64,000 bases of DNA from Eledone cirrhosa (GCA_964016885.1 OZ024741.1:413416001-413480000), one strand, 5' to 3'. Shown: positions 1 to 13,257, counted from the stretch's first letter. The notes: generated by a model from the sequence alone, not told the origin. Made by a program: numbers and translations.

Positions 1-383
1 CCCCCGCCCTGGGGTTGTGTACTGCTCCTAAAACAGCAGCACCCCCACCCTGGGGTTGTGTACTGCTCCTAAAACAGCAGCACCCCCGCCCTGGGGTTGT
101 GTACTGCTCCTAAAACAGCAGCACCCCCACCCTGCTGTTGTGTACTGCTCCTAAAACAGCAGTACTCCCACCCTGGGGTTGTGTACTGCTCCTAAAACAG
201 CAGCACCCCCACCCTGCTGTTGTGTACTGCTCCTAAAACAGCAGTACTCCCACCCTGGGGTTGTGTACTGTTCCTAAAACATAAACAGCCCCCCACCCTG
301 GGGTTGTGTACTGCTCCTAAAACAGCAGTACCCCCACCCTGGAGTTGTGTACTGTTCCTAAAACATAAACAGCCCCCCACCCA
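1..383. repeat. 41-bp minisatellite (ggggttgtgtactgctcctaaaacagcagcacccccaccct)
   Basis: Unit recurs at 11 and 52, about 9 copies; truncated by the window start. Confidence 0.9.
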
Positions 384-495
384 GATGTTTTAGTACATCT
401 ACCCCAGTCCATTGTTTAAATTCCACTCTCCAATATCACCACCACCCCACCCACCATATACACCACCACCACCACCACCCACCATATACTACATA

Positions 496-1198
496 TGTTA
501 CTGTTGCTGTGGTTGTTGTTATTGTTATTACTGTTGTTGTTGCTGTTTTAGTTGTTGTTGTTATTGTTATTATTGTTGTTACTGTTGTTGTAACTGTTGT
601 TTATGTTGTTGTAGTTGTTCTTGTTGTTGTTACTGTTGCTGTTTTAGTTGTAGTTGTTATTGTAGTTGTTGTTATTGTTATTACTGTTGTTGTTGTTGTT
701 GTAGTTGTTGTTGTTGTTGTTATTGTTGTTGTTATTGTTGTTGTTGCTGTTGTTTTTGTTGTTGTTGTTTTAGTTGTCGTTGTTCTTATTGTTGTTGTTA
801 CTGTTGTTGTTGTTGCTGTTTTAGTTGTCGTTGTTGTTGTTATTGTTGTTGTTACTGTTGTTGTTGTTGTTGTTGTTTTAGTTGTAGTTGTTGTTACTGT
901 TGTTGTTACTGTTGTTGTTGTTGTTACTGTTGTTGTTGTTATTGTTGTTGTTGCTGTTGTATCTACTGTTGTTGTTGTTGTTATTGTTGTTACTGTTGTT
1001 GTTGTTGTTATTGTTGTTGTAGTTGTTATTGTTGTTGTTACTGTTGTTGTTGTTGTTATTGTTGTTGTTGTTGTTATTGTTGTTGTTGCTGTAGTTGTTG
1101 TTGTTGCTGTTGTTGTTGTTGTAGTTGTTATTGTTGTTGTTATAGTTGTTGTCGTAGTTAAAGTGATTGTTATTCTGTTGTGGTTGTTGTGATTGTTG
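496..1198. repeat. Degenerate (GTT)n microsatellite
   Basis: Direct reading; it explains the poly-C/V/T/N ORFs. Confidence 0.95.
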
Positions 1199-1689
1199 CA
1201 ACTCTTGTATCTATCATAACCTCTGTAATGCTGCTTGCCTTGATAAAATGCACCCAGTACACTCTGTAAATGACATCCAACTGTAGAAACCATTTCAAAC
1301 AGTATATCAAAGAACTACATTTTCCAACGTGTCATTCTTGTTTAAAGATAATAGTGTAATTTCAGTGAGATCTGGCTATTCTATTTAGCAGATTGACTCA
1401 TCACATACAGGTTCCCTTATTGTGAACATATGATTGTTGTTGTTTAGCCCTAGGTTAGGACTGATAAACGGTGTATAATCATCATCATCCCATCATCTGT
1501 TCAGACATAATATATCTCAGACTACATTTTCTATCAGGTCCTCATTGTTAATACAACATCATCATCATAATCTATATCTGGTTGGACTGGTTATCAAAGT
1601 CTGGAACAGGACAGATTGTATAAGCACGTCTTGCTCATATGTTCCATATTTTTGCATGGTCTCTATGATTGGATACCCTTCCTAATGCC

Positions 1690-1835
1690 AACCATTTTAT
1701 AAAGTGTACTGGGTGTATTTTTATCACAAACACTGCCATTTTACAGAGTGTACTGGGTGTATTTTATCACAAACACTGCCATTTTACAGAGTGTACTGGG
1801 TGTATTTTATCACAAACACTGCTATTTTACAGAGA
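1690..1835. repeat. 43-bp tandem repeat (ttacagagtgtactgggtgtattttatcacaaacactgccatt) related to a SINE/RTE 3' tail segment
   Basis: Period 43 (1741 vs 1784). Preceded by 'ggatacccttcctaatgccaacca', which resembles the RTE/SINE tail seen elsewhere in the window. A similar unit recurs at 62420-62805. Confidence 0.7.
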
Positions 1836-1929
1836 ACACTGAGTTCATTTTACATGGAACAAGCGCTAGAGTGCTTGCCTTGTCCTCAACAAAACTAAGA
1901 GTCTCTCTACCTCACAAAAGTGTCGTCTC

Positions 1930-2250
1930 TCGTTAGTTGGTGGAACTAATTAACAAAGAGATATCATAGAGATTCTTTTGTTAGTGGTAGAACTAATTAA
2001 TAAAGGCTTCCTCGTTAGTTGGTAGAACTAATTAATAAAGACTTCCTCGTTAGTTGGTAGAACTAATTAACAAAGACACATCATAGAGGTAACCGCGTTA
2101 GTTGGTAGAACTAATTAACAAAGACACATTATAGAGGTAATCTCTTTAGTTGGTAGAACTAATTAATAAAGGCTTCCTCGTTAGTTGGTAAAACTAATTA
2201 ACAAAGACACATTATAGAGGTAACCTCATTAGTGGTAGAACTAATTAATA
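1930..2250. repeat. Minisatellite with core ttagttggtagaactaattaa
   Basis: About 8 variable-length copies. Confidence 0.85.
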
Positions 2251-2401
2251 CATGAGTTTCTAGGACAGCTTTGTGTGCACTCCAGGTGATATTTAAATTT
2301 AAATTGCTGCAGTTGGGGCCACATATGTTGCACCATATGTTGCACAATAACAGCTGCATTTATGGTGAACAACGCAGAAATATAACTTTGCAGACATCTG
2401 G

Positions 2402-5400
2402 GTGTGTGTGGGAGTGGCTGTGTTAGTGTGTGTGTGTGAGAGTGGTTGTGTTAGTGTGTGTGAGAGAGTGGCTGTGTTAGTGTGTGTGTGTGAGAGTGGC
2501 TGTGTTAGTGTGTGTGTGTGAGAGAGTGACTGTGTTAGTGTGTGTGTGTGACAGTGGCTGTGTTAGTGTGTGTGTGAGAGAGAGTGGCTGTGTTAGTGTA
2601 TGTGTGTGAGAGTGGCTGTGTTAGTGTGTGTGTGTGAGAGTGGTTGTGTTAGTGTATGTGTGAGAGAGTGGCTGTGTTAGTGTGTGTGAGAGTGGCTGTG
2701 TTAGTGTGTGTGAGAGACAGTGGCTGTGTTAGTGTATGTGTGACAGAGTGGCTGTGTTAGTGTGTGTGTGTGTGAGAGTGACTGTGTTAATGTGTGTGTG
2801 TGTGTGTGAGAGAGAGTGGCTGTGTTAGTGTATGTGTGAGAGAGTGGCTGTGTTAGTGTGTGTGTGAGAGTGGCTGTGTTAGGGTGTGTGTGTGAGAGTG
2901 GCTGTGTTAGTGTGTGTGTGAGAGAGTGGCTGTGTTAGTGTGTGTGTGTGAGAGTGGCTGTGTTAGTGTGTGTGTGTGTGTGAGAGAGAGAGTGGCTGTG
3001 TTAGTGTATGTGTGAGAGAGTGGCTGTGTTAGTGTGGGTGTGTGAGAGTGGCTGTGTTAGTGTGTGTGTGTGAGAGAGTGACTGTGTTAGTGTGTGTGTG
3101 TGAGAGTGGCTGTGTTAGTGTGTGTGTGAGAGAGTGGCTGTGTTAGTGTGTGTGTGTGAGAGTGGCTGTGTTAGTGTGTGTGTGTGTGAGAGAGAGTGGC
3201 TTTGTTAGTGTATGTGTGAGAGAGTGGCTGTGTTAGTGTGTGTGTGTGAGAGTGGCTGTGTTAGTGTGTGTGTGTGAGAGAGTGACTGTGTTAGTGTGTG
3301 TGTGTGTGACAGTGGCTGTGTTAGTGTGTGTGTGAGAGAGAGTGGCTGTGTTAGTGTATGTGTGTGAGAGTGGCTGTGTTAGTGTGTGTGAGAGAGTGGC
3401 TGTGTTAGTGTATGTGTGAGAGAGTGGCTGTGTTAGTGTATGTGTGAGAGAGTGGCTGTGTTAGTGTGTGTGTGTGTGAGAGTGACTGTGTTAATGTGTG
3501 TGTGTGTGTGAGAGAGAGAGTGGCTGTGGTAGTGTATGTGTGAGAGAGTGGCTGTGTTAGTGTGTGTGTGTGAGAGTGGCTGTGTTAGTGTATGTGTGAG
3601 AGAGTGGCTGTGTTAGTGTATGTGTGAGAGAGTGGCTGTGTTAGTGTGTGTGTGTGTGAGAGTGACTGTGTTAATGTGTGTGTGTGTGTGTGAGAGAGAG
3701 TGGCTGTGGTAGTGTATGTGTGAGAGAGTGGCTGTGTTAGTGTGTGTGTGTGAGAGTGGCTGTGTTAGTGTGTGTGAGAGAGAGTGGCTGTGTTAGTGTA
3801 TGTGTGAGAGAGTGGCTGTGTTAGTGTGTGTGTGTGTGAGAGTGACTGTGTTAATGTGTGTGTGTGTGTGTGAGAGAGAGTGGCTGTGTTAGTGTATGTG
3901 TGAGAGAGTGGCTGTGTTAGTGTGTGTGTGAGAGTGGCTGTGTTAGGGTGTGTGTGTGAGAGTGGCTGTGTTAGTGTGTGTGTGAGAGAGTGGCTGTGTT
4001 AGTGTGTGTGTGTGAGAGTGGCTGTGTTAGTGTGTGTGTGTGTGTGAGAGAGAGAGTGGCTGTGTTAGTGTATGTGTGAGAGAGTGGCTGTGTTAGTGTG
4101 GGTGTGTGAGAGTGGCTGTGTTAGTGTGTGTGTGTGAGAGAGTGACTGTGTTAGTGTGTGTGTGTGAGAGTGGCTGTGTTAGTGTGTGTGTGAGAGAGTG
4201 GCTGTGTTAGTGTGTGTGTGTGAGAGTGGCTGTGTTAGTGTGTGTGTGTGTGAGAGAGAGTGGCTTTGTTAGTGTATGTGTGAGAGAGTGGCTGTGTTAG
4301 TGTGTGTGTGTGAGAGTGGCTGTGTTAGTGTGTGTGTGTGAGAGAGTGACTGTGTTAGTGTGTGTGTGTGTGACAGTGGCTGTGTTAGTGTGTGTGTGAG
4401 AGAGAGTGGCTGTGTTAGTGTATGTGTGTGAGAGTGGCTGTGTTAGTGTGTGTGAGAGAGTGGCTGTGTTAGTGTATGTGTGAGAGAGTGGCTGTGTTAG
4501 TGTATGTGTGAGAGAGTGGCTGTGTTAGTGTGTGTGTGTGTGAGAGTGACTGTGTTAATGTGTGTGTGTGTGTGAGAGAGAGAGTGGCTGTGGTAGTGTA
4601 TGTGTGAGAGAGTGGCTGTGTTAGTGTGTGTGTGTGAGAGTGGCTGTGTTAGTGTATGTGTGAGAGAGTGGCTGTGTTAGTGTATGTGTGAGAGAGTGGC
4701 TGTGTTAGTGTGTGTGTGTGTGAGAGTGACTGTGTTAATGTGTGTGTGTGTGTGTGAGAGAGAGTGGCTGTGGTAGTGTATGTGTGAGAGAGTGGCTGTG
4801 TTAGTGTGTGTGTGTGAGAGTGGCTGTGTTAGTGTGTGTGAGAGAGAGTGGCTGTGTTAGTGTATGTGTGAGAGAGTGGCTGTGTTAGTATGTGTGAGAG
4901 AGTGGCTGTGTTAGTGTGTGTGTGTGAGAGTGGCTGTGTTAGGGTGTGTGTGTGAGAGTGGCTGTGTTAGTGTGTGTGTGTGTGTGAGAGAGTGGCTGTG
5001 TTAGTGTGTGTGTGTGAGAGTGGCTGTGTTAGTGTGTGTGTGTGTGTGTGAGAGAGAGTGGCTGTGTTAGTGTATGTGTGAGAGAGTGGCTGTGTTAGTG
5101 TGTGTGTGTGAGAGTGGCTGTGTTAGTGTGTGTGTGTGAGAGTGGTTGTGTTAGTGTGTGTGTGTGTGTGTGAGAGAGAGTGGCTGTGTTAGTGTGTGTG
5201 AGAGAGTGGCTGTGTTAGTGTATGTGTGAGAGAGTGGCTGTGTTAGTGTGTGTGTGTGTGAGAGTGACTGTGTTAATGTGTGTGTGTGTGTGAGAGAGAG
5301 AGTGGCTGTGTTAGTGTGTGTGAGAGAGTGGCTGTGTTAGTGTATGTGTGAGAGAGTGGCTGTGTTAGTGTGTGTGAGAGAGTGGCTGTGTTAGTGTGTG

Positions 5401-7497
5401 TGTGTGAGAGTGGCTGTGTTAGGGTGTGTGTGTGAGAGTGGCTGTGTTAGTGTGTGTGTGTGTGTGTGTGAGAGAGAGTGTCTGTGTTAGTGTGTGTGAG
5501 AGAGTGGCTGTGTTAGTGTGTGTGTGTGAGAGTGGCTGTGTTAGGGTGTGTGTGTGAGAGTGGCTGTGTTAGTGTGTGTGTGTGTGTGTGTGAGAGAGTG
5601 GCTGTGTTAGTGTGTGTGTGTGAGAGTGGCTGTGTTAGTGTGTGTGTGTGTGTGTGAGAGAGAGTGGCTGTGTTAGTGTATGTGTGAGAGAGTGGCTGTG
5701 TTAGTGTGTGTGTGTGAGAGTGGCTGTGTTAGTGTGTGTGTGTGAGAGTGGCTGTGTTAGTGTGTGTGTGTGTGAGAGAGAGTGGCTGTGTTAGTGTATG
5801 TGTGAGAGAGTGGCTGTGTTAGTGTGTGTGTGTGAGAGTGGCTGTGTTAGTGTGTGTGTGTGAGAGTGGCTGTGTTAGTGTGTGTGTGTGAGAGTGGCTG
5901 TGTTAGTGTGTGTGTGAGAGTGGCTGTGTTAGTGTGTGTGAGAGAGTGGCTGTGTTAGTGTGTGTGTGAGAGAGTGGCTGTGTTAGGGTGTGTGTGAGAG
6001 AGTGGCGGTGTTAGTGTGTGTGTGTGAGAGTGGCTGTGTTAGTGTGTGTGTGAGAGTGGCTGTGTTAGTGTGTGTGAGAGAGTGGCTGTGTTAGTGTGTG
6101 TGTGAGAGAGTGGCTGTGTTAGGGTGTGTGTGAGAGAGTGGCGGTGTTAGTGTGTGTGTGAGAGTGGCTATGCTAGTGTGTGTGTGTGTGAGAGTGGCTC
6201 TGTTAGTGTGTGTGTGTGTGAGAGTGGCTATGTTAGTGTGTGTGTGCGAGAGTGGCTGTGTGTGTGTGTGAGAGAGTGGCTCTGTTTGTGTGTGTGTGTG
6301 AGAGTGGCTGTGTTAGTGTGTGTGTGAGAGTGGTTGTATTAGTGTGTGTGTGTGAGAGTGGCTGTGTTAGTGTGTGTGTGAGAGAGTGGCTGTGTTAGTG
6401 TGTGTGTTTGAGAGAGTGGCTGTGTTAGTGTGTGTGTGAGAGAGTGGCTGTGTTAGTGTGTGTGTGAGAGTGGTTGTGTTAGTGTGTGTGTGAGAGTGGC
6501 TGTGTTAGTGTGTGTGTGAGAGTGGCTGTGTTAGTGTGTGTGTGTGTGTGAGTGGCTGTGTTAGTGTGTGTGTGAGAGAGTGGCTGTGTTAGTGTGTGTG
6601 TGTGTGAGAGTGGCTGTGTTAGTGTGTGTGAGAGAGTGGCTGTGTTAGTGTGTGTGTGTGTGAGTGGCTGTGTTATTGTGTGTGTGAGTGAGTGGCTGTG
6701 TTAGTGTGTGTGTGTGAGAGTGGCTGTGTTAGTGTGTGTGTGAGAGAGTGGCTGTGTTAGTGTGTGTGAGAGAGTGGCTGTGTTATTGTGTGTGTGAGAG
6801 AGTGGCTGTGTTAGTGTGTGTGTGTGTGAGTGGCTGTGTTAGTGTGTGTGTGAGAGAGTGGCTGTGTTAGTGTGTGTGTGTGTGAGAGTGGCTGTGTTAG
6901 TGTGTGTGTGAGAGAGTGGCTGTGTTAGTGTGTGTGAGAGTGGCTGTGTTATTGTGTGTGTGTGTGAGAGTGACTGTGTTAGTGTGTGTGTGTGTGAGAG
7001 TGGCTGTGTTAGTGTGTGTGAGAGAGTGGCTGTGTTAGTGTGTGTGTGAGAGTGGCTGTGTTATTGTGTGTGTGTGTGAGAGTGGCTGTGTTATTGTGTG
7101 TGAGAGAGTGGCTGTGTTAGTGTCTGTGTGTGTGAGAGAGTGACTGTGTTAGTGTCTGTGTGTGTGTGTGTGTGGCTGTGTTACTGTGTGTGTGTGAGAG
7201 AGTGGCTGTGTTAGTGTGTGTGTGTGTGAGAGAGTGGCTGTGTTAGTGTGTGTGTGTGTGAGTGGCTGTGTTAGTGTGTGTGTGTGAGAGAGTGGCTGTG
7301 TTAGTGGGTATGTGTGTGTGAGAGTGACTGTGTTAGTGTGTGTGTGTGAGAGAGAGGCTATGTTAGTGTGTGTGTGAGAGAGTGGCTGTGTTAGTGTGTG
7401 TGTATGTGAGAGTAGCTGTGTTAGTGTGTGTATGTGTGAGAGTGGCTCTGTTAGTGTGTGTGTGAGAGTGGCTGTGTTAGTGTGTGTGTGAGAGAGA
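2402..7497. repeat. Compound satellite, ~26-36 bp unit gagtggctgtgttag(tg)n(ag)n
   Basis: About 5.1 kb continuous array. Rare variants such as ggctttgtt recur at 3201 and 4265. Confidence 0.95.
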
Positions 7498-8319
7498 GAA
7501 TGTGTGTGTGTGTGTATATTTATGTGTGTGTGTGCAAATATCTGTGTATGTATGCAAGTGAATGTGTATATATACTAGTGTGTATGCCTATGTAAAATGT
7601 GCATGTTTGTGTGTGTATGTGTGACTGCTCATGCATGCGTGAGTGTGTGTATATGGGTGTGTATGTAGGTATGTATGTGTACATGTATAAATGTGGCTGT
7701 GTATGTGTAAATGTGTGTGTGTGTGTATGTGTGTACATGTGCGGAGAGCAGAGGTAAGATGCATTGACATGGTCAAAGGGTCAAGTTTTGAAATCTTGGG
7801 GTTTCTGGTTTCTTACATAGGACCCAGCTCACCCTATATCAACTGGTCCCTTGTTCTGTTCTATGTTCAGAAATGAAAAGGTTTATTGTGTGCAATTCTA
7901 GCAACTTTGCTGTCAGTCCTCAAATTGCTACAAAAGGCACAAAAGTCACCCAATACTTCAGAAAGAATGGGAAAAACTAAGTTAAACCAAGGATGTTTGT
8001 CTTAAAATGGTAATATTTTAATATTTTAACCATTCCACTACAATAGTTTTAATTCTGAAAATAATTATTTTTAAATTGTAGGGATTTAGTAAAATATCTA
8101 ATGGGACATAACTTAACAAATAGTTTTATTCTTTTACATTGAAGTAGGGATTATTTTAGGTGGTTTCCTATAAAAAATGTTAAACTCTAAGATCCACAAT
8201 ATTTAATATTAAACCCAATGTTGGTGTTTTTGTTTTTAAGGTTAGGTAGCCATAAATTCTTTGTTTTTAAATTATGAGTGAAAGTGACATCGAAACAAGT
8301 ATCCTCCACCTCCAACTAA

Positions 8320-8690
8320 CTGACCCTCCACCCCTGGGTCCTGGGCAAAATAACTTACCCTCCACCCCTGGGTCCTGGCCAACTTAACTTACCCTCCACC
8401 CCTGGGTCCCGGCTGACAGGATGGAAAATACATTACCCCAGAGGATCACGAGGGAGACATGCTGGAACAGCCACTCCACCTTGTGGGGCTCACACCTGCA
8501 GCCAGCCAACTCTGCTCCAATAGCAGTGAGTAGGGATGTGGTCTGGGGGCCAAGAACGCCAGGGGTCTCCACTGCTAGAGGCCCTACCACAAACCTATCA
8601 GAGAGCAGCCGGTACGTGGACAATTTGCCCTCTTCAGCTTGGCGGGCAGCAGTGGGTAGTGAAGCGCACCAGGTTGCCACTTGAGTTGGT
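8320..8690 (-). mobile_element. 3' remnant of a CRE-clade (restriction-like endonuclease) non-LTR retrotransposon
   Basis: ORF 8384..8680 reads AARQAEEGKLSTY...PLAVETPGVLGP...WLFQHVSLVILWGN, matching the remembered CRE C-terminal pattern AE..K..KY..P.AVET.G.WG..LFQR.S..V.RGN. Short tandem tail at 8320-8410. Confidence 0.7.
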
Positions 8691-9309
8691 GTTGCACATG
8701 TTGTTCTGATGTAGTGTGGTCACCTTATATACAGTTTCACATTAAATTGTATAATGTTTACATTAAAAAGAGAATAACTAATTTTTTTAATGAAAGTTAT
8801 GGGAAGGATGGAGGGTGTGGCAAACTCTATGCTCCTGCTCCAGTCTAGGCAGTATATCTCAACTGCACCATTTGGACAAAACGGCAAAGGCATTGGCATG
8901 GAGATTAGCCAGTAATACCAATTGCATCAGCCACACCACCCCTTGATATGTTTAATTGGATAGTTTTCAAACATTCAGTTATCAGATAAGACTAACTGAT
9001 GTGAAACATTCTGTCCAGACAATTCTTACGTGACAATTATAATTATACAAGAACCACGTCATCCACTATTGATATATTTCAATGTCTGTTCAAATATTTC
9101 ATGAATAATTAAACATCCCGTATCAGTCATACCATTGTAGGACTTAAAACAGACATTTATAAACTTTTAGTTTACTTCTACCACACTTTAGAATTAATAA
9201 AAGTATTTTGTCACAACTTTTACCTAAATTTTAAATATAGGTAATTGATATTACTGAGAAACTTTATATAGTTCTTTCTTTATTCAACATATACATATAT
9301 CTTTATTCC

Positions 9310-9512
9310 ATATATCTATATATCTACACAGTCTCTATATCTATATATCTACACACAGTCTATATATCTATATATCTACACACAGTCTATATATCTATAT
9401 ATCTACACACAGTCTCTATATCTATATATCTACACACAGTCTCTATATCTATATATCTACACACAGTCTATATATCTATATATCTACACACAGTCTATAT
9501 ATCTATATATCC
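9310..9512. repeat. 27-bp minisatellite (tatatatctatatatctacacacagtc)
   Basis: Period 27 (9360 vs 9387). Confidence 0.9.
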
Positions 9513-9576
9513 AGTCAACATCTACACACTGTATCTATATATCACATCTACACACTGGTGTGTGATTTGTCATATG

Positions 9577-9998
9577 CTGTAGTGTGGTGTGGCGTGTGGT
9601 GTGCTGTGGTGTGGTGTGGCGTGTGGTGTGCTGTGGTGTGGTGTAGTGTGGCGTGTGGTGTGGTGTGGCGTGTGGTGTGCTGTGGTGTGGTGTGGTGTAG
9701 TGTGGTGTGGTGTAGTGTGGTGTGTGGTGTGGTGTGGCGTGTGGTGTGGTGTGGCGTGTGGTGTGCTGTGGTGTGGTGTAGTGTGGCGTGTGGTGTGGTG
9801 TGGCGTGTGGTGTGCTGTGGTGTGGTGTGATGTAGTGTGGTGTGGTGTAGTGTGGTGTGTGGTGGCGTGTGGTGTGGTGTGGCGTGTGGTGTGCTGTGGT
9901 GTGGTGTAGTGTGGCGTGTGGTGTGGTGTGGCGTGTGGTGTGCTGTGGTGTGGTGTGGTGTAGTGTGGTGTGGTGTAGTGTGGTGTGTGCTGTGCTGT
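9577..9998. repeat. (GTGTG)n pentanucleotide microsatellite
   Basis: Direct reading. Confidence 0.95.
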
Positions 9999-10937
9999 GA
10001 TGTAGTAATTTTGAGACAAAGAACATGTATAAACTATAAACCTATCTAAGAATGAATAAAGTTACCCAACACCACCACCACCACCTCCAATAAACGCGTG
10101 TGTGTGTATTTATATATATATATATATATGTGTGTATGTATATATATATATACACACACACACACTTACATATATATGTATATATATGTATGTATGTATA
10201 TACATACATACACACATACACACACACACATATAAATGTGTGTGTGTGTATGTGTGTGTATATATACACACACACATATATATATGTATGTATACATACA
10301 CACTACCAACTGTATATTTCTTCAAGAATGGCCACATTTTCTTTTAAAAAAAATGTCAGCAATTTTTTGTCATGACTTTCTAAATAATTTTCTGTTTTTC
10401 CCCAAAAATTTCATGTCAAACTTGAGATTGTTTACAGTAAAATATGGAAGTTGATTCCAATTACAGCTTTTGTGGTTTTGTCTGTTTTAGTGCTTTTTCT
10501 TTCTTTTTGACATGTGTTTTTGTCTCCAGTAGAAAAATGATGAATATCTTTAATCTTTGAGTGTTTTATGTTAGTCCCCCCCCCCCCCGCTTGTTTTCTT
10601 GCCCCCACCCCTACACACTTGTTGTTGTTTTTTGTTCGTCATATTGTTTTCTGTTGTTTTTTCCCTCTCTTCTCTCTGTCATCCTCTACATGTTGTTGTC
10701 AGTTTTTTGGTGGGTTTTAAATTATTTTTTTTAATTATTTTTACGACAACAACAACAAGGAATATATCTCGCCCCACCCCATCACTCTGTCCCTCGCATC
10801 CTCCACCTGCCTCCCCACCACTCTGTCCCCCACATTCATCCCCACCCCACCCACCCCCTATCACTCTGCCCCACATTCATCCCCACCCCTCTCTTATCCT
10901 CACTCTGCTGAGACATAAGATGTGATGGTGGATTTGC

Positions 10938-11041
10938 TATAATATAATCTCTCCAGTGTGTGTCCCTTATCTTACTCTATCTGCTTCTCTCTGCTGTGGA
11001 GGAGGTGGAGGACAGAAACTAGTTTCAAAGTTGAAGCTACT

Positions 11042-11073
<32 letters not shown>

Positions 11074-11203
11074 AAGAAGGTGGGAGGAGAAGAAGAAAGA
11101 CATACACACACCATAAAACATACACTTCTCTTTTTCTTCTTTCATTTGAACAACAAACTCTCTTTTCACTTCCCATTTGAAGTTTGTCTCTCATTCTACA
11201 CAG
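10938..11203 (+). promoter_or_regulatory. Candidate TATA-like box, short non-coding exon and 5'-UTR intron (GT 11042 to AG 11203) of the double-CRD gene
   Basis: 'tataatataa' at 10938; donor-like 'gtaaga' at 11042; pyrimidine-rich acceptor 'tttgtctctcattctacacag' ending 11203, 92 nt before the ATG. Confidence 0.45.
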
Positions 11204-11295
11204 ATCACCACTGGAATATATTGTTGCAAATATATTGGGAGAGAGACAACTACTACTACTACTGCTATAGTGGATGTTTTAATCTAGTGTTTACG

Positions 11296-12267
11296 ATGTT
11301 GACAAAGAATTATTTAATCTACCTTCTGTTGGCCACTTTGTTGCTCCTGGCCGTAATCCAGCCAGGAAATGCCCGGAGAAGGAAGAAAAAGCAAAGGAAA
11401 AAGAAACAAAAAAACCGAGCTGTGACTTACAACACCTCAACATGTGCCCCTATAATGCTGCCAATGTGTCGTAACTTGATCCCTTATTCGGTTACACAAA
11501 TTACAATGAAGAAAGAGGGTGCACTGATGACCCAAGGTCAGTTGTCATCGTTATTGGAACCATTATGGGCATATATGGATACAGAATGTTCTCCACAGTT
11601 CAGAGAGTTGGCTTGTGGTTATTATCTTCCAAAATGCAATGCTACAAGTGGTGCACCAATGAAACCATGCAGATCCGTATGCAGAGCTGCTAAAACTGGA
11701 TGTGGAAGTATTTTCAGTGCTCACAATATAAATTGGCCAAATGAATTGAAGTGCAGTAGCTTTCCAACTAAAAATTGTGTAAGTCCTTCAAATTTAACCC
11801 ATATTACACCAGTGGAGCAAACTGGGACCAGGTGTATTCTGAACACTATTCCAATGTGTGCCAATCTCACTCCAAAAACGAAGAATAAGAAATATGTTCT
11901 TGGAGTCTTACCCAATATGTTTTTACAGAACTCTCCAGAGAGAATTTTCAAAGAGATGAATAATTTCAAGGACCTCATTGCAACAAATTGTTCCCCAAAT
12001 CTTGCTTTCTTCATCTGTGGTGTTTATTTACCATTCTGTACTGACAACGAAGGTGCCGATAGTTTCCGTGTACCATGCCGGGAAGTGTGTGAAGAAGTTT
12101 ACAACGCATGCAGAGATGATTTGGTCCGAATCTCTGGAGTTGACTGGCCAAGTAAGTTTCAGTGTCATCGCTACCCTTCCAAGGAATCCACTAACAACCG
12201 GCTGCAATGTCTACAGCCAACTGAAATGGATATTATACGAAAAGGAACACTCCCTCCTTTAAATTAA
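11296..12267 (+). CDS. Secreted protein with two tandem Frizzled-type cysteine-rich domains (323 aa), sFRP/corin-CRD-like
   Basis: First ATG of ORF 11080..12267 is at 11296. Hydrophobic signal peptide MLTKNYLIYLLLATLLLLAVIQPGNA, then RRRKKKQRKKKQKNR, then two domains with 10 Cys each in Fz spacing (C.P...C..Y.P.C, PCR..C, WP...C..[FY]P). Stop TAA ends at 12267. Confidence 0.88.
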   Translation: MLTKNYLIYLLLATLLLLAVIQPGNARRRKKKQRKKKQKNRAVTYNTSTCAPIMLPMCRNLIPYSVTQITMKKEGALMTQGQLSSLLEPLWAYMDTECSPQFRELACGYYLPKCNATSGAPMKPCRSVCRAAKTGCGSIFSAHNINWPNELKCSSFPTKNCVSPSNLTHITPVEQTGTRCILNTIPMCANLTPKTKNKKYVLGVLPNMFLQNSPERIFKEMNNFKDLIATNCSPNLAFFICGVYLPFCTDNEGADSFRVPCREVCEEVYNACRDDLVRISGVDWPSKFQCHRYPSKESTNNRLQCLQPTEMDIIRKGTLPPLN

Positions 12268-12989
12268 CCGTGGATGTCTTAACACTAAAATAAGCAATTG
12301 GATATGTATTTTGTAGACATCAGACACTAAGCTGTCATTTTTATCCCATTTATGTTCATGCTGTTAGAATCTGCACAAATGCAAACATATACATTCATAG
12401 ATACACACACACACACACACACACATGCACATGCACTCATATATTTGAAGGCACGTGGGCATGTTTGTGTGTATATATATAAATATACACACACACACAT
12501 GCACACATACATATATTTGAAAGCATGTGTGTCTATATATATGTGAGTGCGTGTGTGTGTCGAAATTAATATAATACTTAACAATCGTTATATCACTTTT
12601 CTATATTAACACAAAAACTAGTCCACTCAGAGTTGAATTTTTTAAAATATATTTGCTTTAAAATTAATTTAGAAGAAAATATTTTTTGACAAATTACAGC
12701 AACAATGACAAGAAGAAATATATAAAGTATATGTATATTTTTCTTAAAATGTTTTATTATAAAAAAATATTGAAAGAATACTTTTAACTTTTATCCTTAA
12801 AAGGGACCAAAAAGAAGGAAACATTCACCACTCTCAGTATGAAACCTAAAAACTTATATTCTTAAATTTTTGAAGAACAATGCCTTATGTTGTTTAGTTA
12901 TTTCATAAATTTACTACATTCCCCCCTGTTCCTGTGCTCTCGAATTCAAATCCCAGGTGGACAAGACAGAGAATTAGCAACATAAATAG

Positions 12990-13037
<48 letters not shown>

Positions 13038-13257
13038 GTATATATATATATAAGTTGACGGGACTAGCGTAAGGTTTCGCTGCTAGTTGCATCCCATATA
13101 TATATATACACACACATACATATATAATATATACATGCACATACATACATACATATATGTGTATGTATGTTCGCACGCTTTGTAACATGAACATTGATAC
13201 AAAAATAAAATTAACAATTATATTGCTATCTGAGCAGTTATAAGTTCTTACTTATTA

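Noticed and set aside
412-1293. Cys-, Val-, Thr- and Asn-rich ORFs
   Set aside because: Translations of a (GTT)n microsatellite.
11080-11295. 72-aa N-terminal extension of the CRD ORF
   Set aside because: Starts at a non-ATG codon, is low complexity and overlaps the probable intron; the signal peptide begins at ATG 11296.
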